Shown one piece after another: positions 50,881 to 61,815 of a DNA stretch of 64,000 bases. How positions within the stretch are numbered: the first letter of the stretch is position 1; each line of letters opens with the position of its first letter. The DNA comes from Lama guanicoe (lineage: Eukaryota): the NCBI GenBank assembly GCA_013239625.1, contig MU053933.1, forward strand, positions 932,001 through 996,000, given 5' to 3'. The position numbers and the translations under genes are program-made. The notes under the pieces were generated by a model that saw nothing but the letters and a program-made list of their open reading frames with translations, had not been told where the DNA came from and did no database searches.

Positions 50881-51785
50881 TGTAACGCTTTGGAAGGGTG
50901 CCAGTCGAGTGTGTATTTGCTGGAGGGCGCTCGGTCTCTCAGTCCCCGGCTTCGGGTGAGGCTGGTACTGTGAAACAGCCCGGGCATCATGTGAACAGCA
51001 GAAACCAACAGCAACGTCGTGCAACACTTGCAGACGTGTCAGAGAGGTGGGGACCCGTCCGGACTCCTCACACCACAGGGGGGGTCAAAAGCTTGGGGTT
51101 CAGATGCCCGTGCAGATGTCCCCATGCCGCCCTCCCTCTGTGCGCAGGTGGGAGGCCCGTGCATTACTGGGGCTGTGAGGGGCCGTTTTCTCCAGGGTGG
51201 GGGAAGGTGTGGGTCCCGGCCCACCCAGGGCTGTGGAGGGTAGAAGACTGGCCGTGGCTGCCATTCTGTTCAGCGCTGGGTGGAGAGGCACCGATCAGCT
51301 GGCAGGCCCTGCCGAATCAGCGCCTCGTGTTAGACCAGTCTTTAGAGTGGGAATTGTAGGATTGGGCTGTCCTGTCAATCTGTTAAACCAGATTTTTATG
51401 TCATTCTGTGCCACGGAGACTCAGGATTTATCTGAAACAAGTAAACAATTCCTGGAAGGGCTGGGAGAAGCGGAGGCGGGTTCCTTGAAGCATCCGCAGC
51501 AGCCCAAGGCGGAGCCTGGCATCGGAGAGGGCGGCCCGTGGTGGGGGTGTGGATGCTGCCCTGGCTACTGGTCAGGGCGGCTGTCTAAACACCGCGGGGG
51601 AGGGTGCCCGTCCTGCCACCCCACAGGCTGAATCCTGCCTGCAAACCCCTGTAGGCAGCTCTACCGTCATCTCCAGGGGGTGGGTGGCTCCAGACCCCTC
51701 AGTTCTGTTCCAGGAGCCGGTCCTGGGGCCACTCTGGTGCAGACCCAGAGCGAGATTTGGCAGCGTCCTTAAAACTAGACTCAGA

Positions 51786-52215
51786 ACTATGTGTAAAGCA
51801 AGTAAAAACCCAGGACCTAGTGGATAGCACAGGGGACTCTATTCAATTTCTTGTGATAACATATAATGAAAACAAATCTGAGAAGAAAATGTAAATACAT
51901 ATGTACATGTGTAACTGAGTCACTTTGCCACCCGCCTGAAACTAATGTTGTAAATCAACTACACTTCACTAATACATTTTAAAAATAAGAAAAAAACTAT
52001 TTGAGATTTGCAGATACACACTACTATATATAAAATAGGTAAACAACAGGTTTCTTCTGTGCAGCACAGGGGACTGTATTCAATATCTTGTAGTGACCTA
52101 TAATGAAGAAGGATATGAAAAGGAATATATGTCTGTGTGTGGACGACTGAAACATGATGCTGTGCACCAGACATGGACACAGCATTGCAAACTGACTGTA
52201 CTTCAATTTAAAAAC
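51786..52215 (+). mobile_element. Two tandem L1 3'-end fragments
   Basis: AGCACAGGGGACT(C/G)TATTCAAT...CTTGT...TATAATGAA occurs twice (about 51826 and 52063), each copy ending in an A-rich tail. Confidence 0.88.
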
Positions 52216-52228
52216 AATTTTTTAAGGT

Positions 52229-52363
52229 GGGGAGGGTATAGCTCAGCAGTAGAGTGCATGATTTGCCTGCACAAAGTCCTGGGTTCAATTCCCAGAACCT
52301 CCATTAAAATAAATAAACCTAATTACCTCCCCCGCCCCCCAGAAAACAAAACAAAACAAAAAG
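52229..52363 (+). mobile_element. tRNA-derived SINE (Vic-1-like)
   Basis: GGGGAGGGTATAGCTCAGCAGTAGAGTGCATG...GTCCTGGGTTCAATTCCCAG...AAATAAACCTAATTACCTCCCC plus (CAAAA)n. Confidence 0.92.
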
Positions 52364-53292
52364 CTAGACTCAGATTCTGCCAGACTTCAAGACAGTCCTG
52401 GAACTAAACTCTTCTCTAATGTGTGAGAGACTCTGCCAGCACCAGCATTTCCCCCCAGACAGGCACCTGGGAGCGCCTGCCCGGGCCGGTCCAGGCGAGA
52501 GCAGATGAGAAGCAGCTCAGACCTGAAGAGGCTGCTGATGGGCCTCCTGAGGCCCTGCTGTGACGACCGATCACCCGACCCATCACCCGGGGGCCTAACC
52601 TTGCCGCGGTGCCCAGGAGGGTCTCACAGTGAAATGGAGCAATGATGTTCACCATACGGCCCCAGGCCCGGGACCACTCCGCGATGACACGCCGGCTGCC
52701 CTGGTGGAGCAGACCTTTCTCTGGAGACCACGGGCTGGCTCCGCGGCGGCCTCCATCCGCATGGACCAGCTGTGGTCCTCGCTGCCTCCTGTTCTCTCAG
52801 CCTTGTCTTCTCTCCCAGTTTTCTAAAAGAAAACCTTCAAGATCCAGAGGGGACCCTGAAGACCACGTCATGTCCAGCCCTTAATTGCCAGCATCCCTGG
52901 TTGCTGCTGGTTATTCTTAAAGCTATTTGAAAATTCACAAAGTAAAATTACTTGAATACGCTTTCATCTTTAAAATTCAGTGTATGCCACACGGCATTTA
53001 GGAGAAAGCAGTGGGGTTCCCGCATGTATCCGTTTTCTGATCGGGGGCGCTTTGGCCACGAAGGCTGGAAATGACTAACATTTGCGAATGAAAACTGCTT
53101 GTCGCCCCCACGCCCAGGGGTTCAGGGGCGTCTGCAGCCGCGGGGGCGCGGGGGTGGGGAAGAGCTCCTCCGGGACGTTGTGGGGAGGGTGCTCCTGCTT
53201 CTCAGCCTGGGACTGGTCCCCTCCAGAGCTCAGCCTGTCACCCCTGGGCTGTGTGGACAGCCGGGAGAAGCTCAAAGCAAGAGGGGCGTCAG

Positions 53293-53646
53293 GTGGACCT
53301 GGAGACGGTCCTTCTGAGTGAAGTCAGCCAAAAGGAGAAAGAAGACTGCCATACGATACCGCTTACATGTGGAATCTTAAAAAAAATGAACTCACCTACA
53401 AAACAGAAACAGACTCACAGACACAGAGAACAAACTTATGGTTACCAGGGGGTGAAGGGGGTGGGAAGGGATAAATTGGGAATTCGAAAATTGCAGCTCT
53501 TGGGGAACAAAGGAAACGTTCACTGTCGGGATTGTGGTGGTGGTTTCATGGCTGTGGACATCTATCAAAACCATCAAACTGTACATCTGAAATATGTGGA
53601 GTTTACTGTACGGGAGCCACACCACAATAAAGGGGTTAGAAAAAAC
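53293..53646 (+). mobile_element. L1 fragments: young-type piece (53293-53490) joined to an older L1MC/ME-type 3' end (53500-53646)
   Basis: TGGACCTGGAGACGGTCCTTCTGAGTGAAGTCAGCC...AAACAGAAACAGACTCACAGAC, then GATTGTGGTGGTGGTTTCATGG...CAAAACCATCAAACTGTACA...CAATAAAG. Confidence 0.8.
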
Positions 53647-54447
53647 AGAAGGGGTATCAGCCTGTGGCTGTTGGCAACTCTTAGTGATGTAGTAACACCA
53701 CCCGTGGCGACCCTCAGCAATGTAACGCCACCTGTGGCTGTCCGTGACCCTTAGTGGCGCAATAAAAACTCCTGTGGCACTTGGCGGCCCTTGGTGATGT
53801 AACACCGCCAGCACCAGCAGCAGCTCACAGGCGACACTCACCACGGGCCAGGCACCGTCCTGAGCAGTTCACACACAGTAAGCCCCAGTTCATTCTAAGT
53901 GCTGAAGTCCCCTGGGAGGAAACAGTGCCCCGCGGCAGGAATTCCAGTGCGCTTGGCTGGGGCGGGGGAGGCGCCCACTTCCTGGTCAAGCCCTGTTTAT
54001 GGACGTGTGGGTGTGGTTGGCCTTCTACACAGAGGCTTTTTTTTGCTCTTTTCCCCTTGAAAAGAATGCAGATTGTGCAGTATCTAAAGAGGCAGCTGGG
54101 GCTAGATTACCTCTGTGACATCAGTGTGAGGACCACGACCTGGCGTTGGGGTTTCCTTGCTACAGCCTCACCTTTGTGCCGGTGCCCTTTCTGCGGATTA
54201 CGGATACATTGGCCCGGGTGGCACGCAGGTGAGGTGTAGCTAGGACACGGACCGGAGTCCGGATGTCCGAATGTCCGCACTGCGGACGGAGCCGGAGGAG
54301 GAAGGTATGGGGTAAAGTGACGAAAAGCGTCCTTACTGCTTGGGCTGAACGTTAAATTTAGCCATTAAAATCCTGTAATGCTCAAAGGAACCCCCCTCAA
54401 AAGTCCAAAGGAAAATTCCTCTTTTTCTTTCCATTTTGTACATTAAG

Positions 54448-55256
54448 TTTTTTTATTTAAATTTTTTCTTTTAAACAAGTTATAGAGTCACACACAGTTG
54501 TAAGAAAAAATGCAGAGACACCGTCTGCCCATTTCCCCCAGTGGTGATGTCTTTCAGACTCTAGTGAGATCTCACCACCGGGCTGCTGACACTGATGCAG
54601 CCCAGATCCAGAACATTCCAACCCCACGAGGATCCCTGTCGCCATCCTTTTATAGCCTCGGCCAAGCCCTTTCTATTCCCCACCCCTCCTCAACCCTTGG
54701 CAATCATGAATCTGTTCTCTGTCTCTATAATTCTGTCACTTCAAGAATGTTCTATCATCACGTTCATCCGGTAGGTGAGTTTGGGGGTTGACTTTCTTGA
54801 CTCAGCGTAGTTCTCTGGACATGCATCCGGGTTGTTGCGTGTATCACAGGTTCAGTCCTTTTTATTACTGGGTAATATTCCACGGTGTGGCTGGACAGTT
54901 TGTTTATCCAGTCACCTACCGAAGGGCATCCGGGTTGTTTCCGGTTTGGGGTTATTAAAAATAAAACCTCTCTGAACATTGTGTCCAGGCTTTTGTGTGA
55001 CTATAACTTGTCATTTCTCGGCCCCAGGGTGCAATTGCTAAGTTGTACGGTAGTTGCACATTTGGTTTTTTTAAAGAAACTGCCACAAGGACCAACTGTA
55101 TAGCATAGAGAACTATGTTCAGTTTCTCCTAATGAACTGTAATGGAAAAGAAACTGAAACATATATTCATGTAAGACTGAATTGTCTTGCTGCATACCTG
55201 AAACTAACAGTGTAAATTGACTATGCTTCAATACAAAGAAAGAATTATTTTAATTC

Positions 55257-55287
<31 letters not shown>

Positions 55288-55880
55288 AGTTGATAACATG
55301 GGTTTGAACTGTGCAGGTCCACTTATGCTCACGTTTTTTTTCAATAATATAAGCTATAGTACTACGAAAAAGAAAAAAAAAAGAAAAAGAAACTGCCAAA
55401 ACGTTTTCCAGAGCAGCTGGAAAACCATTTTCTATTCCCACCAGCGATGTGTGGGTTTACTGTGCTTTGCGTTTCCTAGGTTCTTAGATTATCGAGTTGA
55501 GATTTTTCCTCTCTGCTACTGCAAGCATTGCAGTGCTATAAATATTCCTCTCGGCACTGCTTTGGCTGTGTCCCACAGCTAAATTTTGATGTGTTGCGTT
55601 TTTCATTTTCATTCAGTTCTGTGTCTATTTCTGTTTCCCTTGAGTTTTCCTTAGCAGTGTGTTGTTTAGCTTCAGAGCATTTGCAGTGTTCCTGCTGTCT
55701 TTCTGTTACTGGTTTCTACTTCGATTCTCTTAAAGGTCAGAGACCACACTCCATATGTTGCAATTCTTTTAAATTTGTTGAGGGTTTTTTTTTGTGGACT
55801 AGCATGTGGTCTGCCTTGGTGTATGCTTTGTGGGCACCTGAAAAGAATGTGTGTCCTACTGTTGAGTGATCTATAAATGT
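54448..55880 (-). mobile_element. Old L1 (L1MC-like) fragments, interrupted at 55086-55385
   Basis: CACACAGTTGTAAGAAAAAATGCAGAGA...GGGCATCCGGGTTGTTTCCGGTTTGGGGTTATT...AAGAAACTGCCAAAACGTTTTCCAGAG. Confidence 0.8.
55086..55385 (+). mobile_element. L1 3' end + (TA)n + Tigger2-like fragment + poly(A), inside one TSD pair
   Basis: CAAGGACCAACTGTATAGCATAG...CCTGAAACTAACAGTGTAAATTGACTATGCTTCAAT; then AACATGGGTTTGAACTGTGCAGGTCCACTTATG; TSD AAAGAAACTGCCA at 55073-55085 and 55386-55398. Confidence 0.8.
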
Positions 55881-57247
55881 TAATTGTTGACAGACTTATA
55901 AATTTATCTCAAGACTTTGAGGTAGATCACTCACTCATGAAGCTTATGTGATCCATTACTTTTGCCAAAGATTCCAGAATAAGAGGTCAGAAACCCTGCT
56001 GTGCTCACCAGGGAGGCCTCTGAAGCCTTCTCACTGGGTGTTCCCGTCAGTGGGGTTGCCGTTCCCTTCCCTGCTGGGTACAGGCGTCTCTGAAGGACAG
56101 GGCTCGGCTCAGCTCAGCAGTGCGCTTCCTGGCTGGCGTTTTCACTCTCACAGCTCTAAGAGATACAACAAGACTTCAGTTTTCTTCTCATCATCTGAGT
56201 TGTAGAGCCGAAGCCAGAGGGAATCTTGGGTCATCTGGTCCACCCTTTCATCTGGCAAGTGAAGGGGTGGGGTCTGAGAGGCTGACTTTTAAAACATGTT
56301 TATGAATTAACATTATGTTTATCATAGAAATGTGTTAGATATAGAGAAACAAAAATAAAGGGAAAAGTTTACACATAATCTTACAACCAAAAAGTAACTA
56401 CTACTGTCATTTCGGAGTGTACTCTCCCAGTGTTTTCAAAAGTCAGGTCACATGGTGTTACAGGCTTTTTTTTACGTCAACAATAGACGTGAGCATTTTC
56501 CAAGGTATTGTGTCTAATAGCAGAATATGTTCCCACGGTGTAGAAACACCGTGACTTATTTGATGTCCACTTGATGGATGTATAGGCTGCTAGGGTTCTC
56601 ACTGTACTAAGTAACAGTGTGATGAACATCTTCTGTGAACACACATGGTTGTTTCCTAGAAATGGAGGCACTAGGGCACAGCACATGAACGTTCTGAGCT
56701 TTTGAGACTCATTGCCAAATTGGATGATTGAGATTATTTGTTTAGGCAGGCTTGGTTTGGTTTTGATTTGGGTTGGTTTTAGTGGAGGGTTAGGCCTCAC
56801 TCAGGTCAACATGGAGTCAGGAGGAAGCCTGATTTAGGTCCTCAGTGTTTAGGGTGTGAGCCGAGGGCCCCGGAGCCAAGAAAAGAGCTCCCCCTCCCCA
56901 AGGGCACAGAGTTGCTGGAACAGGGCCGCGCAGCCCACACCTTCCTACAAGGCATCCTGTGTTGGGCCCAGTCAGGAAACAGGAAAACGGGCAGGTTGTA
57001 TTCAGCCTGGGACCTGATCCTTGTAAAACCAGCCACGCAGCCCAGTTTCATGTGACAGGCAACCAAGGGGCAGCCTCGCTCCCCCCGGCCCGCTTCCTCC
57101 CTGGGACCTGCCTCGAGAACAGTGTTTTGCACTTAAAATATGCCTTGAACTCGCTTTGTCATAGTAATTGCCCTCATGAAATGGACCAGGGCCCTACCTG
57201 AAAACTAGTCCCGGATTTAGGGACCGTGTCCTGAGCACCTTTTACTG

Positions 57248-57388
57248 CTGGTGCCGACAGCAGGGGGACCACAGCCCCGGCCACTCTGCCGAGCAGCAGC
57301 CCAGGAGCGAAAGCACGTCTGCAGGTGGCAGGAGACCGCAGGCCCAGGTGAGGCCCTGGTGCCGGCAGGTGGCAGGGCGTCCCTCCAG
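57248..57388 (+). pseudogene. PDE9A: Degenerate homologue of the PDE9A1-specific alternative exon (human exon 5); pseudo-exon
   Basis: Begins CTGGTGCCGAC (AGADSRGTT versus human AGVEDKRTT) and ends GTCCCTCCAG|GT (VPP versus human IPP), 97 nt before the next exon. The acceptor position reads TTTACTG instead of AG. 141 nt long with an in-frame TGA at 57349-57351. Confidence 0.75.
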
Positions 57389-57485
57389 GTGCCCGGCGTC
57401 AGCACCGCCGCCCACAGCAAGCAGATGCGGCCCCTGACGGTCCGAGGAGTGTTTTTCCCATCGGTCTTCTTTTTGTCATCTGCAG

Positions 57486-57540
57486 AGAAAGAAGAACTGA
57501 TCCAGAGCGTGCTGACCCAGGTGGCCGAGCAGTTCTCGAG
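57486..57540 (+). CDS. PDE9A: PDE9A coding exon (exon 6 equivalent), 55 nt, (E)KEELIQSVLTQVAEQFS(R)
   Basis: TCTTCTTTTTGTCATCTGCAG acceptor; GTGCAG donor at 57541; phase 1 to 2, so it joins exon 4 directly (G|AG = Glu). Human is EREELIQSVLAQVAEQFSR. Confidence 0.94.
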
Positions 57541-58418
57541 GTGCAGAATCTTCTCGACACGCGGTCCCCAGAGCGCGGTGCTTCCTCTCTCTGCGGCGGT
57601 GCTGGGCCCCTCGCTCTGAGGCTGTCCTGGCCGCCAGGCTCCAACACGGCACTTGAGAAGCCCCCTTACCAGTGACATCGCTCTGTGACTCCGGAACTAA
57701 GCAGCTCGGATGGGGGCCAGGAAGCGTCCGCCTTGCACCACAGGCCGCGTCGCGGGGGCACTTTCAGAACGAGCGCCCCTGTTGCTGAGCGTTCTCTCAG
57801 CTGGCTTTTCCGGGGCCAGGACTTGAACCTACAAGAGCGGACAGCTTTAAAGGAGGGCTTCCCCTGAGCTCCCACGTGGCTGGAGGGGCTTCCTCTCGTT
57901 CCGAGTCAGCCTGCCGGTTCTGGAGGAAATGCTTTCCGTTTCCTAGCTACTTCACTGGCATTTTAACCGGCCTGGGGTAGTTAAAATGGGGAAAGGGCAG
58001 AGGGTATTTTCTTAAAGCCCAGGAGTTGTTGAACTGTATGACTCGGAGGCCTGGAGAGGGCACACCAGGTCCCCTGAAGGCGGTCTGTGCCCAGCAGGGT
58101 GGGATGGGGGCTGGGTTGTGCCAGCTGTGAGCAGAGGACCCGGGCCCCTCCCCCCAGAGAGCGTCTGCTCACTCTCAGGTGTGGGGACGTAAAGACACCT
58201 GCTCCGGGTCCCCGTCTTGGAGGAGGCACCCTCGAGATAACTGGAGGGTGTGTCCTGTTCCTCCGCACCCCCGACCCCGTGAGTTCCACAGACGCAGCGC
58301 CCCTCACTGGCCTCCTGTAGACCTCACCCTTGGCAGGGAGCCAGCAGGCGTTGGCTGAACCCATTTAACTTTGAGGATTGTGTCAGTTATATTGATGTTT
58401 TGTTTCTTTCCTCCCCAG

Positions 58419-58489
58419 GGCATTTAAAATCAACGAACTGAAAGCTGAAGTTGCAAACCACCTGGCCGTGCTAGAGAAACGGGTCGAAC
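58419..58489 (+). CDS. PDE9A: PDE9A coding exon (exon 7 equivalent), 71 nt, [23 protein letters not shown]
   Basis: TTTCTTTCCTCCCCAG acceptor; GTGAGT donor at 58490; phase 2 to 1; peptide matches recalled PDE9A. Confidence 0.96.
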
Positions 58490-59999
58490 GTGAGTGGGGC
58501 TTTTGCTTCCTTTTCCCTGATGTGTCTTTTAACCTCTGTTTCAGTTAACCACGGGGCCCAGTGGGGTGTGGTGAAGGCCAGGGAGCGGAGGCCGAAGGTG
58601 AGGGCCTCTTCTTTGTGAGCTGCTCGGAATTTACCTTTGAAGATAACAGGGGCCAGAACAGTGACTAATCTTAAAAGTAACTCAGTAACACAGGGCGCTT
58701 GTAAGTGTGGGGATAACTTGCAACACGGTACGTGTCACAGTAGGACGGCGCCTGGCACCCCATCCCCTCCATGCAGAAGAGCCCAGAGCTAAACCGCGAG
58801 GCCCCCAGACCCAGCCCCCTCCAGGGAGGACCTTCTGCGGAACATCCAGTGTGTGTCTCTTTTTATATAAGTGAGCCACCGACCTATCCTCTCTGGTTCC
58901 ATGAGGTTTTATGTTGTTTCTTGGTAATTTTTGGAAAATGCCTACGAGATCATCACCAAGTCTTGATTCAGCGATCAAGGAGCTAAAACTCTGGGAGGAA
59001 AACAGCTTCCAGTCACTCACCCTTTGTGTCCCCATCCATAAGATAAGGAACAATGCTTGAATTCCAGGTGGCGCGTAGTTCCTGGTTACACACACAGCGG
59101 GAAGGCTCTGTCAATGTCAAGGCCAAGGTTGCCGGTTCATGGGCACCACATTCACTGACTTCGGGATGAGTACACAGAATCCAAACCCGAGAGCAGTGAA
59201 GGTTGTGGCGTCACCAGACTCTGCCTGGCTGATTCGTATCATAGGACTCACTGAAGGTCACTTTTCACATCTTATATGAATTGCTCTGATTTTTCTAAGA
59301 TAAAAAATTCAGGATCCTCTTAAGAAACAAAAGCTCACCTAAATAACTTGAATCATGATTTACATGGTCATACTTTTCCAAGTGCGATGACGTTTTTAAA
59401 ATCCGTGTGGTTGTTGGAGCTTCAGAACCGTTTTATTTTCCCCGTTGGTGACGAAGAAGCCACCAAGAGAGGAAGTGATCCGCTCAGGTTCACTCAGCAA
59501 ATTGCAAAAGTGAATAAAACTGGGGCCAGCACCCAGCCCCGGCCGGGCCACTCTTGCTGTCGGCTGAAGAGGCTGGGCCGCTGTGAGGAGAAGGAGGATG
59601 CAGGTTAGAAAGACGCGGTGGCAGCCTGCCGCAGTGGCAGCCACAGGCCCTGGTTGTGCCTGCACCAAGCAGAAAGGGGGTCTTTCCCCGGGGGACCTGG
59701 GGGAGCCCCCCTGGGTGCTGGGCAGGTGCAGAGACAGGGCTCAGCAGGTCTGCAGCAGGGCCAGTGCCCCAAAGCCCTCGTAGAGCTGATGCCATGAGAA
59801 CACCCATCTCTTATAACTGAGCCCCAGACGTGCAGTACCTCCCCTCGTGCCACAGGACCTGTGCTTGGGCCCCCAGGCCCTGTGGCCACTGCTGCCAACA
59901 TGAGGCTGCTTCTCTGTACACCAGCTACAGGGCCAGAGTCTGGGCAGAGCTGGACCACAGGCCCACGCCGTCGCTGCAAGGGAGGCCAGAGAAAGTGAA

Positions 60000-60395
60000 T
60001 GCGTCCGTTTCCAGTGGCTGTCATGACAAAGGACCGCAAACCAGGGGCTTAAAACAACACACATGTATTCTTCCGTGGCTCCGGAGGCCAGACGTCCGGG
60101 ATCAAATTGTGGGCAGGGTCAGGTCCTTCTGGGGGAGAGTCTAGCTCCGGGTGCTGCCCACAGGCCTCGGCTGCATCGCTCCAGACAGCCGCCATCTCCC
60201 ACGGCCCCTCCCCTCCCCTCTGCCTCTCAAGCCTCCTTCCACCTTCTCCTCTCAGGGCACCTGCCTTTGGACTTAGGGCCCACCCTAACCCAGGGTGGTC
60301 GCACCTCGAGATCATTTTTTCTGCACAAGGTCACACTCGTGAGTTCTGGGGTTGGGGAGGTGAGCCTGTCTCCTCGGGGGCACAGTTCACTGCCG
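60000..60395 (-). mobile_element. MaLR solo LTR (MLT1C-like)
   Basis: GGCTGTCATGACAAAGGACCGCAAACCAGGGGCTTAAAACAACAC...GGAGGCCAGACGTCCGGGATCAA...TTAGGGCCCACCCTAACCCAGG. Confidence 0.8.
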
Positions 60396-61705
60396 TGAGC
60401 ATCTGATATTTCCGTCTTGTGCAGGGGGCAGGCTCAGCTCCCCGCCAAGCCCCATCGGGGAGAGGACTCTCCGGACGTGGGAAGGGTTTCCAATACAGAA
60501 CACAAAAAATGCTCACTGCTGAGTCACCACCTACATTTACGGAGGGGGACAGTCGCACAGTCACCGCCTTGGGGGCAGATGGAGGGGCCAGGGGACAGCA
60601 GGTGCACCCCCCGCCAGCACCACCGGCTCCTTCCCGCCCTCCCCACTCGGAAGCCACCTTAAGTGCCGCCATTACTTGTAAACAGGCAAGCTGAAGAGGC
60701 CATTAATTAATTTTCAAAGCTCCCGTGGAGAGCCGTGTTGACCTGAACGTGCGAGGCTTCTAGTATCTGGCCACGGAGACAGCAATCAGGCTGTGAGGTG
60801 TTTTTGTTTTGCCTTCAAGTAGCTTGTGAACTGAGGACCGTTAAAGGATGGAGCCCAGGTGACCTTCTCCCCTGGCCTATACCTCCCCCCCGCCCCCCGC
60901 CCCAAGTCTTCCAGAACCAGCTGGCTCCTGGGAGGGAAAGCGTTTCCCCCAGGGCTTTTGTGTAATGAGCGTAAGTCACCTGGAGGAAGGCATCACCCCT
61001 TTATACCCCGGGCTCAGGCTCACTGCCCGGATCAAAACCACTCGTGATTTTACTAGTTGGGTTAATTTCTAGCACCGGAGACCTAGGCACTGAAGGAGTG
61101 GGTCAAGGGAGCTCGCATTTCTAAGGAGTAGGAGGGAGGAGGGGACTGTCTTTGGAGGGCGACTTGGCAGCAGTCCGGGATGGGGGAGTGGCCTGCGGGC
61201 AGTGGGTTCCTCCCACGGCCCTACTTGGGGACCTCTCCCCACGTCAGCGCCCGGCATCCACACCTTCTTCTGGCTGCCCACCAGACACAGGAGCTTGGCC
61301 GTGGGGGCTCACCCTCCAGGAGGTGGCTGTGATTCGGGGGGCTCTCATGCTCTGTGAACCCCACCTGGCTTCGGGTGCACCCTCTCCTGGTGCTCGGGGC
61401 TGACTCCTTCCCGGCCCCCAGCAGCCTCTCCTTTAGGGTGGAGGTGGCCATGGTCCCCTCACCTGTGCTGAGCTCCCGGGGGTATGAATCCCAAGGGGCC
61501 ACCCAGGGACAGCCGTCACTGCCTTCGATGAAGATGCAGGTCACAGGCACAGGCAGGTGACTTGGAGGTGGAGAGGGGAGGCCTTTGTAGGATGGGGTCC
61601 TGCATCAGACCTCTCGGGGCACTTGGGGAACTGGCCATCCCAGCTACTCAGAAGGTCAGTCCTGACCCTGCACAGCCGTCAGGAGCAAGCCGGCCAGATG
61701 TGGGG

Positions 61706-61815
61706 ACACACACACACACACACACACACACCTACCTGCACACACACGTAAACACACAGAGACAGGCACGTACCTCCACGCACACGCACATGTGAGCACA
61801 CACACGCTCACACAT
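61706..61815. repeat. (CA)n microsatellite with degenerate extension
   Basis: ACACACACACACACACACACACACAC followed by imperfect CA/CG repeats. Confidence 0.9.

Noticed and set aside
57251..57619. 122-aa ORF running through the PDE9A exon (…SAEKEELIQSVLTQVAEQFSR…) as an extended exon
   Set aside because: Only 57486-57540 matches PDE9A and it has its own splice sites. The upstream part starts at GTG and is in a different frame from the exon 5 homology.
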